This document shows positions 38,461 to 50,575 of a stretch of 64,000 bases of DNA, piece by piece. Position 1 is the first letter of the stretch. Every line of letters starts with the position of its first letter. The stretch covers positions 24,066,605-24,130,604 of the forward strand of contig NC_057718.1 in NCBI RefSeq assembly GCF_004010195.1, given 5' to 3'. The translations under genes and the position numbers were made by a program. The DNA is from Chiloscyllium plagiosum (lineage: Eukaryota). A model generated the notes under the pieces. It was not told where the DNA came from. It ran no database searches and saw only the letters and a list, made by a program, of their open reading frames with translations.

Positions 38461-38754
38461 AGTTGACCAGGTTCAAGGAAAATATTGTTTAAAATGGCGT
38501 GAGATATTTTAGTGTTCCTCTGCCTATGTAGGATGCAACCATATCAGTTAGTTTGAACAATTTGTGGAATTAGTTATTTGTCTGGTGTGATCTTGAATCT
38601 CTTAACGTGATGTAATTTGGAATGATGATTAAGAATATTTTCCACTAAAGGGTTGCCAATGCTGGGCTTATTCCTGGAGATTTCATCCACCCACTCCACC
38701 TCCTGCTTTTTACACTAATCACCAGGTAATTCTGTCTGTGCAGTACACCGATAT

Positions 38755-39135
38755 CATCAAAACATTGAAATGAGGAACTGGAGTAGGCCATTCAGCCCTT
38801 CATGATTGCTCTGCCATTCAAGATGGTCATGGCTGATCATCCAACTCAGTACGCTGTCTCTGCTTTCTTCCACATACCCTTTGATCCCTTTAGCCCCAAG
38901 ACCTATGTGTAACTCCTCCTTGAAAACATTCAATGTTTTAACTTCCACTGCTTCTGTGGTACAGAATTCCACTTCCTCACCACTTTCCGGATGAAGAAAT
39001 TTCTCCTTATCTCAGTCCAAACCCTTAGACCATGACCCCAGATATTGGACTCCCTAGTCATTGGGAACATCCTTTCTATGTTCTCCCTGCCTGAACCTTT
39101 TGGAATTTTATAGGTTTCTACTGAGACTCCCCCCG
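38755..39135 (-). mobile_element. CR1 3' fragment
   Basis: Minus-strand ORF ETYKIPKG...MFPMTRESNIWGHGLRV...RRNFF; tail ggagtaggccattcagccc. Confidence 0.8.
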
Positions 39136-39144
39136 CCAGAACAT

Positions 39145-39400
39145 TAATGCTAACCAGAGCTGGAAGGGCACAGCAGATCAGACCGCAACAAAGGAACCGG
39201 AAAGTCAATGTTTCGGGCCAAGGCTCCTCTTCAGGACTAGGGAGGGGAGCCCAGAAGTAAATGGTTTTGTTTTTGGTTGGGGGTGGGTGGGCGCAGGGGG
39301 GCTGAGGTAAGTGTAGGTGGGATGGTGAGGGGGAGGGGATTCTTCAAGACTCACATTTATTGACTCTGATTTCCAGCATCTACAGTCATTACTGTCTCAT
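39145..39400 (-). mobile_element. Short Penelope-derived element with a hammerhead-like core and an inverted terminal piece
   Basis: Minus-strand AGTC-CTGAAGA-GGAGCCTTGGCCC-GAAA-CATT-GACT at 39203-39238; a + strand piece gactctgatttccagcatctacagtc at ~39362-39390. Confidence 0.65.
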
Positions 39401-39980
39401 AGTCCTGGCCAGTCCAGTCTCATTTTTTTGCATCTCCCGTGTAAGTGGAATGCTGCAAATATGTTTTTGTTACAATGCTCTGTTTTTCAGTTCTAAGTAT
39501 TATGCATTTTATTGGGAACTATTCAATGTCTCAACTCTCCATTTTGTGAAAGTCTTGGAAGGAAAATGGAATAGCTAGAAGCTGCATGAATCTAAGCACT
39601 CAGCACACTTTTGGTTGTGGAAGGAAAATTAGTGTGTTCCTACTTCCATTTTTTTTTCAGTTTGAGGAAAGGGTTACAGATGTGTTCCTCTTGGCAGTTC
39701 TCAGTCCAATGCAGACTAACCATGCTCCAGCCAATCTGTGCCGCCTCCTTGTGCTGTATAAATTGATGTTCCCTTTCTAAGTTGGATTTGTTATTGGTCC
39801 TGATGAATGAAAGACAAGATGACGTTGCGAGAGATAGACCATGTTTAAACCTGCCTTTTAAAAGGGCGAATTTGTTTCTTTTAGCAAGCTGACCCTTTTT
39901 AAACTTTGCCTTGATCATTTGGTTCTGTGGAAAGTGAAAGTTTGAAAAAGTTTGCCACTCTGTCATTTTTCTTGGATTTG

Positions 39981-40071
39981 CTGAAGAAGGGCTTATGCCC
40001 AAAATGTCGATTCTCCTGCTCCTTGGATGCTGCTTGACCTGCTGCACTTTTCCAGCAACACATTTTTCAGC
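39981..40071 (+). mobile_element. Short Penelope-derived element with a hammerhead-like core and a 9-bp flanking repeat
   Basis: CTGAAGAAGGGCTTATGCCCAAAATGTCGATT...; TTTGCTGAA at 39977-39985 and 40072-40080. Confidence 0.8.
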
Positions 40072-42489
40072 TTTGCTGAAAAGCAATCTAATATCAGATA
40101 CTTGATAAGAATGGGTGAAATCCTCTCTCCAGTGACAAGTCATATGTGGGTAGGGCTGCAAATGATGGTGAATCTGAACCCCAGGCCTCTGCCAGAATGA
40201 AGGTCTGGGCAGGAAGCTCAACGGTCAAGCTTTCCTGCATTGATGATGGTAGGGTCCCATAGGTGGCCAATTAATCACCACTTTAGAGCCTCCTCCCATC
40301 ACTAAGTACTAATCCATCTGCAGCTGGGCCTCTCACCATCCGATGTGCACAGCACTAAAACCGTGTGGACAGCCACTGCCTCTGACTAAGAGACTTGGGC
40401 ATTGTGATGTGGGCTAGGAACTGGAGTGACTCTGTCAGACAGCCCTCTCCTGTCATTATCTCGCTCTTGCTCCCTCTCCCGTCAAACACCATCTCAAGAA
40501 GCACTTGCCCCTCGTCACCTCAGTACTTACCTGTGAGCCAGGATCCAGGAATCATTTCTTCATATCAGCAACTGATATTAACCCAGATCACTCTCAATCT
40601 CCTAAAGATGTAGTGATGGGTGATTCTTAATTGATGCACCTGATGAGGTGATAGCTATGTCAGCTCCAGTTACAACATAACAATGTTTGGTAACATTGAG
40701 TATTCTGGGCTATAGCTGAGCGATTTTGATGTAAATTGCAGCATTATTCTTTCTTATGTTGCAAGAGGAATCCTTATAATGGAGCCCTTTAATGTGTAAT
40801 GGACCCTATTATGTTGCCAGATCACATGTCATCATTCAGTGATGATGCCACAAGCATGTCCCTTCACAGTATGTTTTATTTGAGCTGTGAAACTAGAAAA
40901 TGCTGCAAACTTCCTCTTTTTTTTTCGAAAAATATGTAAGAACAAAAAGATATACATAGTCATGCCAAGGCATGTGCAGTCAATTTTAAAAGTACATAAA
41001 CAGGTGAAGCTGTTAACGTTATTAGCAATTCAAACTTCAAAGTAACATTTAACGTTTGTCAACTCAGTGTGATCTGTGCACCTGTCTTAAGGGGTGTGGT
41101 GTTTTTGGTTGGGGTTAGCTGGCATCTTGGTTCAACATCCTCACACCATCTTCATCAGAGTTTTCTCCCCACTCTGTGTGCATTAGTGGTGTGTCATAAA
41201 TTGATTTGAACTGACTTCTTCTGTTTCTTTGGAATGTAGCACCATGATCAATGATGATTTCATATGATCTAGGCTGGAGCAGATTTTAAAGCCCTTGCAG
41301 GTGTCCAGATGTTTGTGATTAGATTCCTGACTTGCACCCACTGCTCTGTGCCCAGTTGTGGACTTCTCTATCTACCTGCTGGTCATGCACCTCTCTGTTC
41401 TTTGTCTGTCTTTCACAGAAGAATGTCTTGTGTCTTAGAATGGATAGACAATTAAGTTATGAAGCAAAGTCATTGACACTTCTGGGCATGTTGTGCAGCT
41501 CATCACCACCCGCTTGAGTGTAACTAGAGATGAGCAGTAAATGCTGGCTCAGCCTCCGATGCTCATGTCCCATGAGTGAGTAAATAAAATTCATAAGTAG
41601 CTGGATATCCTAATTTAGTCCTAGGAGGTACACTGATTCATGTATGACATTCTTGGATATTGGATCCCCTTGGTATTCCATGGTCATGATATCTTGGTGT
41701 AGTGCTTTCGGTATTAGGATTTCCTTGCCTTTGAAAATAACTTACTGTGATATACCAAGTTCAACCCTGAATGACTCAATTAAAGGATGTTCTCAGGAAC
41801 TTCTTTAATACTGTCATACCAGTCTTGGACAATAGCATTCTGCAACTGTTTGTCACTTCTCTTCAGTTGCTAATCGCAGATGTTCATAGGGCTCTGGCTG
41901 AAATGTAACAGCTGTATCTTGAGAACATCTTCAGTTTCATTGCCTGTAGTCTCAGAGTAGAGCAAGAGGAGCACCTTGCCACTTTGAGTAGGCTACCCAA
42001 CCCACTCCGTGTACCTAGATGTTACCTAGATTATATCAGACTTCAAAGACCTATCCTTACATCATGACTGTAAATGCTGAAAACATGGTGCACCCATTAG
42101 TGATTATGGCAGGTCATTTCTCATGCCTTACGATCCATTACAGCAATTAATTCCTTATCGAGTAAGTAAGTGTGTAACCAGACAATTTTGAATACCTGAG
42201 CTGCTTAAGAGACTCCAAGGTGGTCATTTTGCCACCCAATGGGAATTTCTTTCTGAGCATGTGCAAAGGGAGCCATACCATAGTGATGTCAGATCATGTG
42301 GAATGACAGCAAATACTTGGTGTGTGTACAGCTCCTAGTAAAGCCACCTCTCTTGCAACCCTCTACAGAAAATAGTGTTCTATGAAGCCTGTTGTTTTTT
42401 TGGTACCAAAATCTCATTTCTACATATGTCATTCAGAACATTGCTGTTGTTCGAATGCAAACTTTATGCTGCCAGTTAAAATTTTAATC

Positions 42490-42770
42490 TTGATCCATCA
42501 TATAAGGCTTGGATAGGGAAGACCTGGTGGAGAGGTCAGTAAGCAGAGGACAGATTTAAGGAGGCTCATGAAGAAAATATTTTCATCCTGATGGATGAAA
42601 TGTGAAATCACTACCTCGACTCATCATAAAGCCACCTAAATCTGTGCCTGGAGCTGAGCAACCTGTAAGGTTATGAACCAGTTGCTGGAATGTGGGAATT
42701 GGATTTAGGCCAATGTATTCAGCCAGTGGAGATACAATGGACTGAATGATCTAATTGGGTTATTACCTCC
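42490..42770 (+). mobile_element. Decayed CR1 3' fragment
   Basis: ggcttggatagggaagac...agaggacagatttaagg...ggttatgaaccagttgctggaatgtggg...acaatggactgaatg. Confidence 0.45.
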
Positions 42771-42991
42771 CTGTAGTTTTATTATACCCCTCATTAATCA
42801 TTCATTTACTGTATTGCTCTCAATTGAGTGTCAGGTCACAGAATGGAATCTGACTTGTTATCCATTTAAGAGCTTTGACCACAGCGTAAATGACGAACAT
42901 GAGCAATTGGAATTGATTGGAGTATGTAGTAGAACTTTGGGTTCAAACTTAATTTAGCATACTTCTCTAAGCCTACTACTTTCCTTCAGGA

Positions 42992-43140
42992 AACAAAAAG
43001 AACTGCAGATGCTGGAAATCAGAAATTCCTGCTGAGCGTCAGCGCTGAAGAAGGGTTACTGGACCTGAAACTTTAACTCTCCCTGCTTTCTGTCCACAGC
43101 TGCTGCCAGACCTGCTGAGTTTTTCCAACAGTTTCAAATT
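42992..43140 (+). mobile_element. Short Penelope-derived element (inverted head plus hammerhead-like core) with a 15-bp TSD
   Basis: TACTTTCCTTCAGGA at 42977-42991 and 43141-43155; core CTGAAGAAGGGTTACTGGACCTGAAACTTTAAC. Confidence 0.8.
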
Positions 43141-44377
43141 TACTTTCCTTCAGGATTTTCCCACTTTTTTTTTCTGTGATGTGTCATGATGCTTGTTGGA
43201 TGGCAAAACTGTGAAACATTTGAGCACAAGTGTAATCATTAATAAGTCAGTGTTACAACCAGACCCTGAGCAGGATTTCCCAATTTAAAGTTCTAGCAAG
43301 GATATCTCAAAACATTGGGCTCCCAAGTGAGGAGGAGTAAACAGGCCCCACTTGGTGATTGACTGACCCACCCACACAGTTGGTCACAACAAGGTTACTC
43401 TTAAAAAGATCTCTTCCCTTTTAAATACTTTCTGTTCCAAACCCAAATTAATTGTTTTAAAAGGAGCCAGTTTAACCAGGCTCCCTTGAGTTAACATATT
43501 GTAATTAATAAACTCATTATGTGTAAGAAGAAATAGAAAACAACACGTTTTCTATTAGAAATGAGAGTCCAAAAGAAATGAAAGATCAATCTTTGGATTA
43601 CTTGTGAAGAGTGGATGGTTGCAGGTGCAGTGGAGGTTACTGGTAGCTTTGAGGTTGGCACTTGAGTGGTCGATTTTTGAAATACATAGCTTTGTAGGTG
43701 GATTTGAATCTCTCTTTTGTCCAGATTATTGTTGCCATTGATTTACTGGCAGTATTGCGGGTGCAACAGCCTTTCCCCTTTTGCTTTACTTGCGGTGTTC
43801 ATAATGGCTGTTGTCAGAGCGGTGACCCTCATAGCGCACACTGATGTCGGAATACAAGCGCATCAGTTAATTCTCTTGCCAGGACTGGTGTCTTTTTTTT
43901 ACAATAATCTTCGGGCAACTTTTGGCTATACATACCTTTTTTTAAAAGAAAACAAACATGTTGTAATTGCAGTTTACATGTCTACGGATGATTTGGGATT
44001 ACGATCCATGGTCTGGACTGTCAGACTTCTATAATCTGTCATGGTGTTGGCAGGAAATTAATGGTAAATTCTTCTTCCATCACTAATTTCTAACTGCCGT
44101 TGAACTGACCTTTACTAGCATGTATTTTAACAACAATCTGAGAGTTAACTAGTCTGTTCACGATGTAGGTATTCCATTTAAACTTGAGGTGACATTTCAA
44201 CCCCCTTTCCAACATTGCTGTTTATTCCCACTTAGATAACATTGCTCATCTTTTACTGTCACTACTCTTTTACTGCTCATTCATATCTGCTTGACTATTC
44301 CTATACAGTCTTGGATAGAACATGGAAAACTATCTTTTGCAAATTTTAAATCAACCAAAACTGTCTTTCCAAATCTT

Positions 44378-44587
44378 AAAAATCACACAACACCAGGTTA
44401 TAGTCCAACAGGTTTAATTGGAAGCACACTAGCTTTCGGAGCGACGTTCCTTCATCAGGTGATAGTGGAGGGCTCGATCGTAACACAGAATTTATAGCAA
44501 AAATTTAGTGTGATATAACTGCAATTATACATTGAAAAATTGATTGTCTGTTAAGCCTTTCATCTGTTAGAATACAGTGATAGTTTA
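44378..44587 (-). mobile_element. Young Penelope-like 3' terminal fragment
   Basis: aaaatcacacaacaccaggttatagtccaacaggtttaattggaagcacactagctttcggagcg...cttcatcagg, with CpGs retained; contains the best-preserved hammerhead-like motif. Confidence 0.75.
44427..44461 (-). ncRNA. Putative minimal type I hammerhead ribozyme motif
   Basis: Minus strand CAC-CUGAUGA-A-GGAAC-GUC-GCUCC-GAAA-GCUA-GUG: 3-bp stem I, stem II with one mismatch, palindromic AGCU stem III and a UA cleavage site. Activity is untested. Confidence 0.55.
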
Positions 44588-45289
44588 TCTTGGTTATCTG
44601 GACATCGGGTTCACATGTCACCTATGTGCTCAGTGACCTATATTGGTTCCTGGTCAAGCAGTAATTTGATTTTAAAATTTTTAATTGCATTTTCAAGTTC
44701 TTCTATGGTCCTATCCTTTGTAAGCTTCTCCTCCTTCAATCCCATAATTGTCTAAAATGTCAGCATTCTAATTCTCTGGACTAAATTGCTCCATCATTGG
44801 TAGTCACGTCTTTAGTTACCAAGACCTGAAACCCTAGGATATTTTCTTAAAGTCCACATCTCTGAGTATGTTTCTGGCCGCCTTCCTTGTTATCTGCTCG
44901 CTTGGGTCAGTGTTTGTTTCCTAAGGCTCTTGTATAGTGCCTTAACATATGATTTCAGAGATGCTATTTAATTGCAAGTTGTGCACATGCTTTTTTCTAA
45001 TTACGGTTCATGAACAGTGTCTTTGTCTTTGTAGGTCTAGAATACAGAAAAAGACAATCAAGTCTACTTTGTCTAAAATAAACAGCTCACTCTTCTAATC
45101 TCATTTTCCAGCACTTGGCCCACAGCCTAATGGACTCATTTGATCACTAATTTGATGTGTGGCAGGAAGCAGAGGGTAATGGTGGTGAGGTGTTTTAGTA
45201 CCAGAAGTCTGTATCCATTGGAGTTCCATAGGAAACAGTGGTAGGGCCCTTGCTGTTTGGAGTATATCTTCAGACTTGAACATTCAAAC

Positions 45290-45495
45290 TTGAATAGAGG
45301 AGGGTTAATGGGAAGTTTGCGGATGATACAAAGGTTGGTGGCGTGGTCAATAGTGGGGGTGATAGCCTTAGATCGCAGGAGGATACAGATGGGCTGATCA
45401 ATGGTAAATGGAATTCAACTTGGATGTGTGTAAGGTAATGCACTGGACAGGACAAACAAGGCAAGGGATGACATAATGGAGAATAGGACACTTGG
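45290..45495 (+). mobile_element. CR1 RT fragment
   Basis: aagtttgcggatgatacaaaggttggtggcgtggtc reads KFADDTKVGGVV. Confidence 0.75.
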
Positions 45496-45736
45496 AAGCT
45501 TTTTTGAAAGAAAGTGTGAAATTTCTACTGGAAGAAATTAGTATGTTTATTGTGCATTAAATAGAGGACTTGATAATGAGAGAAAAGGTTAGAAAGTTAT
45601 GCTAATGCTCAATAAATTGGAGGAGGAGCTTGGACTAAATCTACAGCATAATTTATAAATCATTCTTTATGAGAAACAAACAACACCTTTTTTCCTGGAA
45701 TATAGAAGGCTTGAGGGGTGACCTTACAGAGGTTGG

Positions 45737-47360
45737 TCTATAATCAAGGAAGAAATAGCTAGTCATCTGGATGGAAATTGTCACATTGGGCAGATGCAAC
45801 ATGGGCTCATGAAAGGCAGGTCATGTTTAGCTAATTTACTGGAATTCTTGAGGACATTACAGATGCAGTGAACAATGGGGAGCTGATGGATGTGGTGTAT
45901 CTGGGTCTCTCGGCAAGGTGCTGCACAAAAGGCACGTAAGGCAAAAATGCACAGCATTATGGGTCATGAATTAGCGTGGATAGAAGATTGGTTAACTTAC
46001 AGAGAGCAAAGAATTGATCAGTGGCTAGTGGTGTGCCTTGGATCAGTGTTGGAACTGCAACTATTTATAATTTATATAGAGGATTTAGAGTTGGGTAGTG
46101 TACACCAAGAGTAGTGTGTCAAAATGCACAGATGACACTAAGATGAGAGGTAGAGCAAAGTGTGCAGAGGGCACTGAAAATCTGCAGAGCAATATAATAG
46201 GTTACATGAGTCGGCAAGGATCTGGCAGATGGAGTATAATGTTGGTAAATGTGAAGTCATCCATTTTGGTAGGAATAACAGCAAATTGGACTATTATTTA
46301 AATGGTGAAAAATTGTAGCATGCTGCTGTGCCTAGGGTCCTCTGTGTCCTTGTGCATGAACCACAAAATGTTGGTTTGTATGTGCAGCATGTAATTAAAA
46401 AGGCAAATGGAACATTGTCCTTCATTGCAAGAGGGATGGAGTTTAAAAATAGAGGTGTTATGCTGCAGCTGTATAGGGTGCTGGTGAGGCCACACCTGGA
46501 GTACTGTTTACAGTTCTAGTCTCCTTACTTGAGAAAGGATGTACTAGCACTGAAGGAGGTGCAGAGTAGTTAACTAAGTTGATTACAGAGTTGAGAGGGT
46601 TGGCCTATGAGAAGAGATTGAGTAGACTGTTCTAAATTCCAATGAGTATAGTCCCAAAGAGGGGATATATTTTAGAAACATAAAATTACGAAGGGAATAG
46701 ATAAGATAGAAGCAGGGATATTTTTTCCACTGGAGGGTGAAGCTAGAATTAGAGGGTGTGGATTCAAAATAAGAGGGAGCAAATTTAGGACCGAGTTGAG
46801 GAGGAATGTCTTCACCGAAGGGTTGAGAATCTAGAATACCCTGCCCAGTGAAGCAGTTGAGGCTACCTCATTGAATGTTTTTAAGACAAAGACGGGCGGC
46901 ATGGTGGCTCAGTGGTTAGCATTGCTGCCTCACCGTGCCAGGGACCCAGGTTCAGTTCCAACCTTGGGTGACTGCCTGTGTGGAGTTTGCACATTCTCCC
47001 TGTGTCTGTGTGGATTTCCTCCGGGTACTCCGGTTTCCTCTCCCAGTCCAAAGATGAAGTCAAGTGAATTGGCCATGCTAAATTGCCCATTGTGTTAGGT
47101 GCATTAGTCAGAGGGAAATGGGTCTGGGTGGGTTACTCTTTGGAGGGTTGGTGTGGATTTGTTGGGCCGAAGGGCCTGTTTCCACATTGTAGGGTAATCT
47201 AATCTAATCAAAGATGGATTGTTGACCAATGAAGGAATTAAGGGTTATGGTGAGCAGGCGGTTAAGTGGAGCTGAGGCCATGAAAAGATCGGCCATGATC
47301 ATCTTCAATGGCAGAGCAGGCTTGAAGGGCCAGATGGCCTACTCCTATTTCTAATGTTCT
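45737..47360 (+). mobile_element. CR1 LINE RT to 3' end, containing a nested SINE
   Basis: QHGLMKGRSCLANL, CTDDTK, KKANGTLSFIARGMEFKNRGVMLQLYRVLVRPHLEYC; tail gaagggccagatggcctactcct...ctaatgttcttat. Confidence 0.9.
46894..47208 (+). mobile_element. Full-length HE1-like V-SINE nested in CR1, with a 6-bp TSD
   Basis: Same structure as 3413-3723; CAAAGA at 46887-46892 and 47209-47214. Confidence 0.9.
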
Positions 47361-47361
47361 T

Positions 47362-47712
47362 ATAAAACCATAGATAAAGTGAACAGCCAAGATCTTTGCT
47401 CCAGAGTAGGAGAATCCAAAACTAAAGGGCATGGTTTTGAGGTGAGGACAGGAAAGATTTAAACGAGATTGGAGGGGAAATGTTTTTGTGCAGGGGTGGT
47501 GCGTATATGGAACGAGCTGCCTGAGGAAGTGGTAGAGGCAACTACAATTAAACAATTACAAAACTTAAAAGGCATTTGGACAGGTACATGGTTAGGAAAG
47601 CTTTTGGAGTGACATCGGCCAAGCACAGACAAAAGGGACTAGTTCAGTTTTGAAAATCTGGTCAGCATGGACAAGTTTGACCACAGTTTGTTTCCACACT
47701 GTCTCTGACTCT
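47362..47712 (+). mobile_element. Second CR1 3' fragment in tandem
   Basis: ESKTKGHGFEVR-like segment, tggaacgagctgcctgaggaagtggtagaggca, and tail gtttccacactgtctctgactctat. Confidence 0.75.
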
Positions 47713-48409
47713 ATCCTCATGCAAGTGCAACAAAGTATATTTCTAAAGTTTCCATTTTGTAAAAGTTTTGGTTTTAAAGCTTGTAAAAGGGTAGGCTGTT
47801 GATGATCTGAGCACGAAAGCCTTTACATTTACCTTGACTTTTTGATTTGATTATCTGTAGAAATTGCATTCGAGCTTTGGGTTTTCTTAAGTAGATGTCA
47901 ATTCAGCATGTCCAGACCATTTGTCAAAGAATGCTTAACATTTCCACAAGCAAGACTTTTTGCTACTACAAAAGTTGTTTGAACATCACTTTGATGGAGT
48001 ATTTGAACTTTTTTTTTCTAAACATACTGAACCTGTTGGTTAAGGAGATGTGTTGAAAAGCTAAACTGTTCCAGGTGGTAACAATGAAATGAAGCATGCT
48101 GAAAACCATTGCTGTATAAATAGCAGGCCATAGGTAATCTGAAAAGTTGTTTTGATGTTTCTGGTTTGCTTTTTGTTTTTAAGTTACTCACGCACTAAAT
48201 GACATTGACTGCACCCTGCACATGAATTAATTGAACCCTGTTAATTTAGCATAATGACTTGTACTGACAGTAGCTGTTTCGAAGGAGTAACTGGGGAATA
48301 TACAAAACTATCCCCTACCAAAGGAGGCTGCATTCTACTTTTTCATTTTAAAATTACAATATCGAGCCCTGTTGTAGCTCAATGTAACTTGTTACATTTG
48401 ACATACATG

Positions 48410-49990
48410 TGAACAAGATGCAGGAATAGCCTGCTTTGCCACTCAATAAAATTATGGCTGAACTTACCAGGTTGAATCTGTCTTTCCACCTGTCCCAATA
48501 ACCTTGTTTAACTGAAGTCAATCTGCTTCTGTCGTAATAGTCAAGGGCTCTGCTTTCACGACCTTTTCAATATAATACAATATCCTTTTATTGTCACTTC
48601 TCCTCCATTGTAGGAATACAGTGAAAAGCTTTTACAATGTCTGCCGCCTTATGGTGACATCTTAGGTACAAGTACCGAGGTCCAAATCTTGCATACAGCA
48701 GAGGAATGAAAATAGTTGAAAAATAAGTTTAAAAATAGGACAACATTAACGAGTTGACATTACAGTAAGGTAGGAAATTTCAAATAGATGAAGAAAAAAT
48801 GGAAAAATAAAAAAGAGCAGAGGAGCTCCAACGGGAGCACCCCGCCATCTTGACCACGGGGAATGAAAGTTCCAAAAACACACACCCCTTGAGGGGGGGG
48901 AAAAGAACTTCACCTAATCTCTGTTTCAAATATGTACCCCTGATTTTTAAATAGTGATCCCTAGTTCTAGATCAGCCATCTACCATTCAAGACCTTGTGC
49001 TTCAATCAAGTCAACTCTTAATCTTCTACATTCCAGCTGGTACAAGCCTAATCTGTCCAATCTTTTCTCTTAAGACAATGGCCGTTCTAATTATTAGTCT
49101 GGTAAGCCTTCTTGGAACAGTTTCCAAGGTACTTGCATTCTTCCTTAAATAGACTACTATTGGTGCACAGTACTCCAGTGTGGAAATTACCAGTGTAATG
49201 GAGCATAACCTTTTCAAATTACTTCTCAAAAGGTAAATTCAGTACATCCACCAGTTCTCTTTTTCTCTGCTGCGTGTGTTACCTCCCTTGACTCCAATAA
49301 ATTGGTCAAACATGACTTGGCTTTCACAAAATCACGTTGTCACTTTTCCCTACAATAGATTTTAAGCTAACTAGCCTGTTACATCATGCCTAATGTCTCC
49401 CTTCCTGTTTGAATAAGGGAGTTATATTTGCTATCTTCCTACCTCGTGCATCGGTCCCAAATTGAGAGAATTTTGGTAAATTTAAACCAACTATTTCACT
49501 AATAACTTTAAGACCCCAGTGTGAAGTTCATCAGGATCTGGCCACCTGTAAGCCGACAACTCCAATTACTTGCTCAGTATTGCTTCTCTCGTGACTTTTA
49601 ATTTTCCTGAGTTCCTCCGTCCCTTCCATTACCTGAGTTATTGTTGCTGTTGGCATGTCATTTGTATCCTCTATAGGGAAGACTGATGAAATATACTTGT
49701 CCAATTCATTTGCCATTTGCTTATTTTCCATTATTAATTCTTCAGTCTCACTTTTTCTATAGGCCAGAGTTCAATTTTTAATACTTATTTGAAATATTTA
49801 TATGAATTTTTACCAGCTGGTTTTATATTTCTGATTAGCTCTTTCTTCTTCTATATTTCCCCGTTCTTAATGTTTGTTCATTCTTTGCTGCTTTTTATAT
49901 TACACGCAATCTTTTGACCTGCCATCTGTCTTCATGTAATTATATGTATTTTCTTTAGTCTGGTTAAATATTTAACATTTTCTAGTTTAA
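48410..49990 (-). mobile_element. Old CR1 LINE, decayed, interrupted at 48569-48860
   Basis: Minus-strand LEYC...LRKNASTLETVPRRLTRLI and ENKQMANELDKYISSVF; ggtcaaacatgacttggctttcacaaaatcacgttg corresponds to the QHGF region. Confidence 0.75.
48569..48860 (-). mobile_element. Non-autonomous bipartite LINE derivative (Rex/Babar-like)
   Basis: The minus strand starts GGTCAAGATGGCGGG and ends TTTTCACTGTA...GTGACAATAAAAGG(ATATT)n-like; no ORF. Confidence 0.55.
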
Positions 49991-50144
49991 CCATGGGTTG
50001 TTTTAATTCCACATCATGCCCAACTACCACCTTCCCTGCTCCTGTTATCTCGGAGACATAGAAGGTGCAATACTCTCGACTACTCATTGCCCTCCTAGCC
50101 CCTGGAACAGCACTTTGTGTACCTCCGCCAAACGCACTGCAGTT

Positions 50145-50575
50145 AGAGTTATTAGAGATGTGCAGCGTGGTAACAGACCTTTCAGCCCAACTTTTCCAGG
50201 CATCCTAAATTAATCTAGTCCCATTTGCCAGCATTTGGCCTATATCCCTCTAAACCCTTCCTATTCATGTACCCATCCAGATGTTTTTAAATGTTGTATT
50301 TGTACCCGCCTCCACCACTTCCGCTAGCAGCTCATTTCCATACACACCCAACCCTCTGTAAAAAAAAACGTTGCCCCTCATGTCGTTTTTATATCTTTCC
50401 CCTATCACCTTAAATCTATGTCCTTTAGTTTTGGACTCCTATCCTGGGGAAAAGACCTTGGCTGTTCATCCTATCCATGCCCATGATTTTATAAATTTCT
50501 ATAAGGTAACCCCTCAGCCTCTGATCCTCGAGGGGAAAATAGCCCCAGCCTAACCAGCCTCACCTTTTAACTCAA
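50145..50575 (-). mobile_element. CR1 3' fragment
   Basis: agagatgtgcagcgtggtaacagacctttcagcccaac tail; catgattttataaatttctataaggtaacccctcagcctc reads RLRGYLIEIYK on the minus strand. Confidence 0.8.

Larger units (their letters stand above)
44215..44985 (+). mobile_element. Old L2-like LINE 3' region, interrupted by a Penelope fragment
   Basis: ccacttagataacattgctc, cttgactattcc (LDYS), tttaaaattttt...ttcaagttcttctatggtc and an L2-type tail gatgctatttaattgcaagttgt. Confidence 0.55.

Noticed and set aside
39640..40221. 193-aa minus-strand ORF
   Set aside because: Runs across a repeat insertion and resembles no protein I recognise; likely chance.
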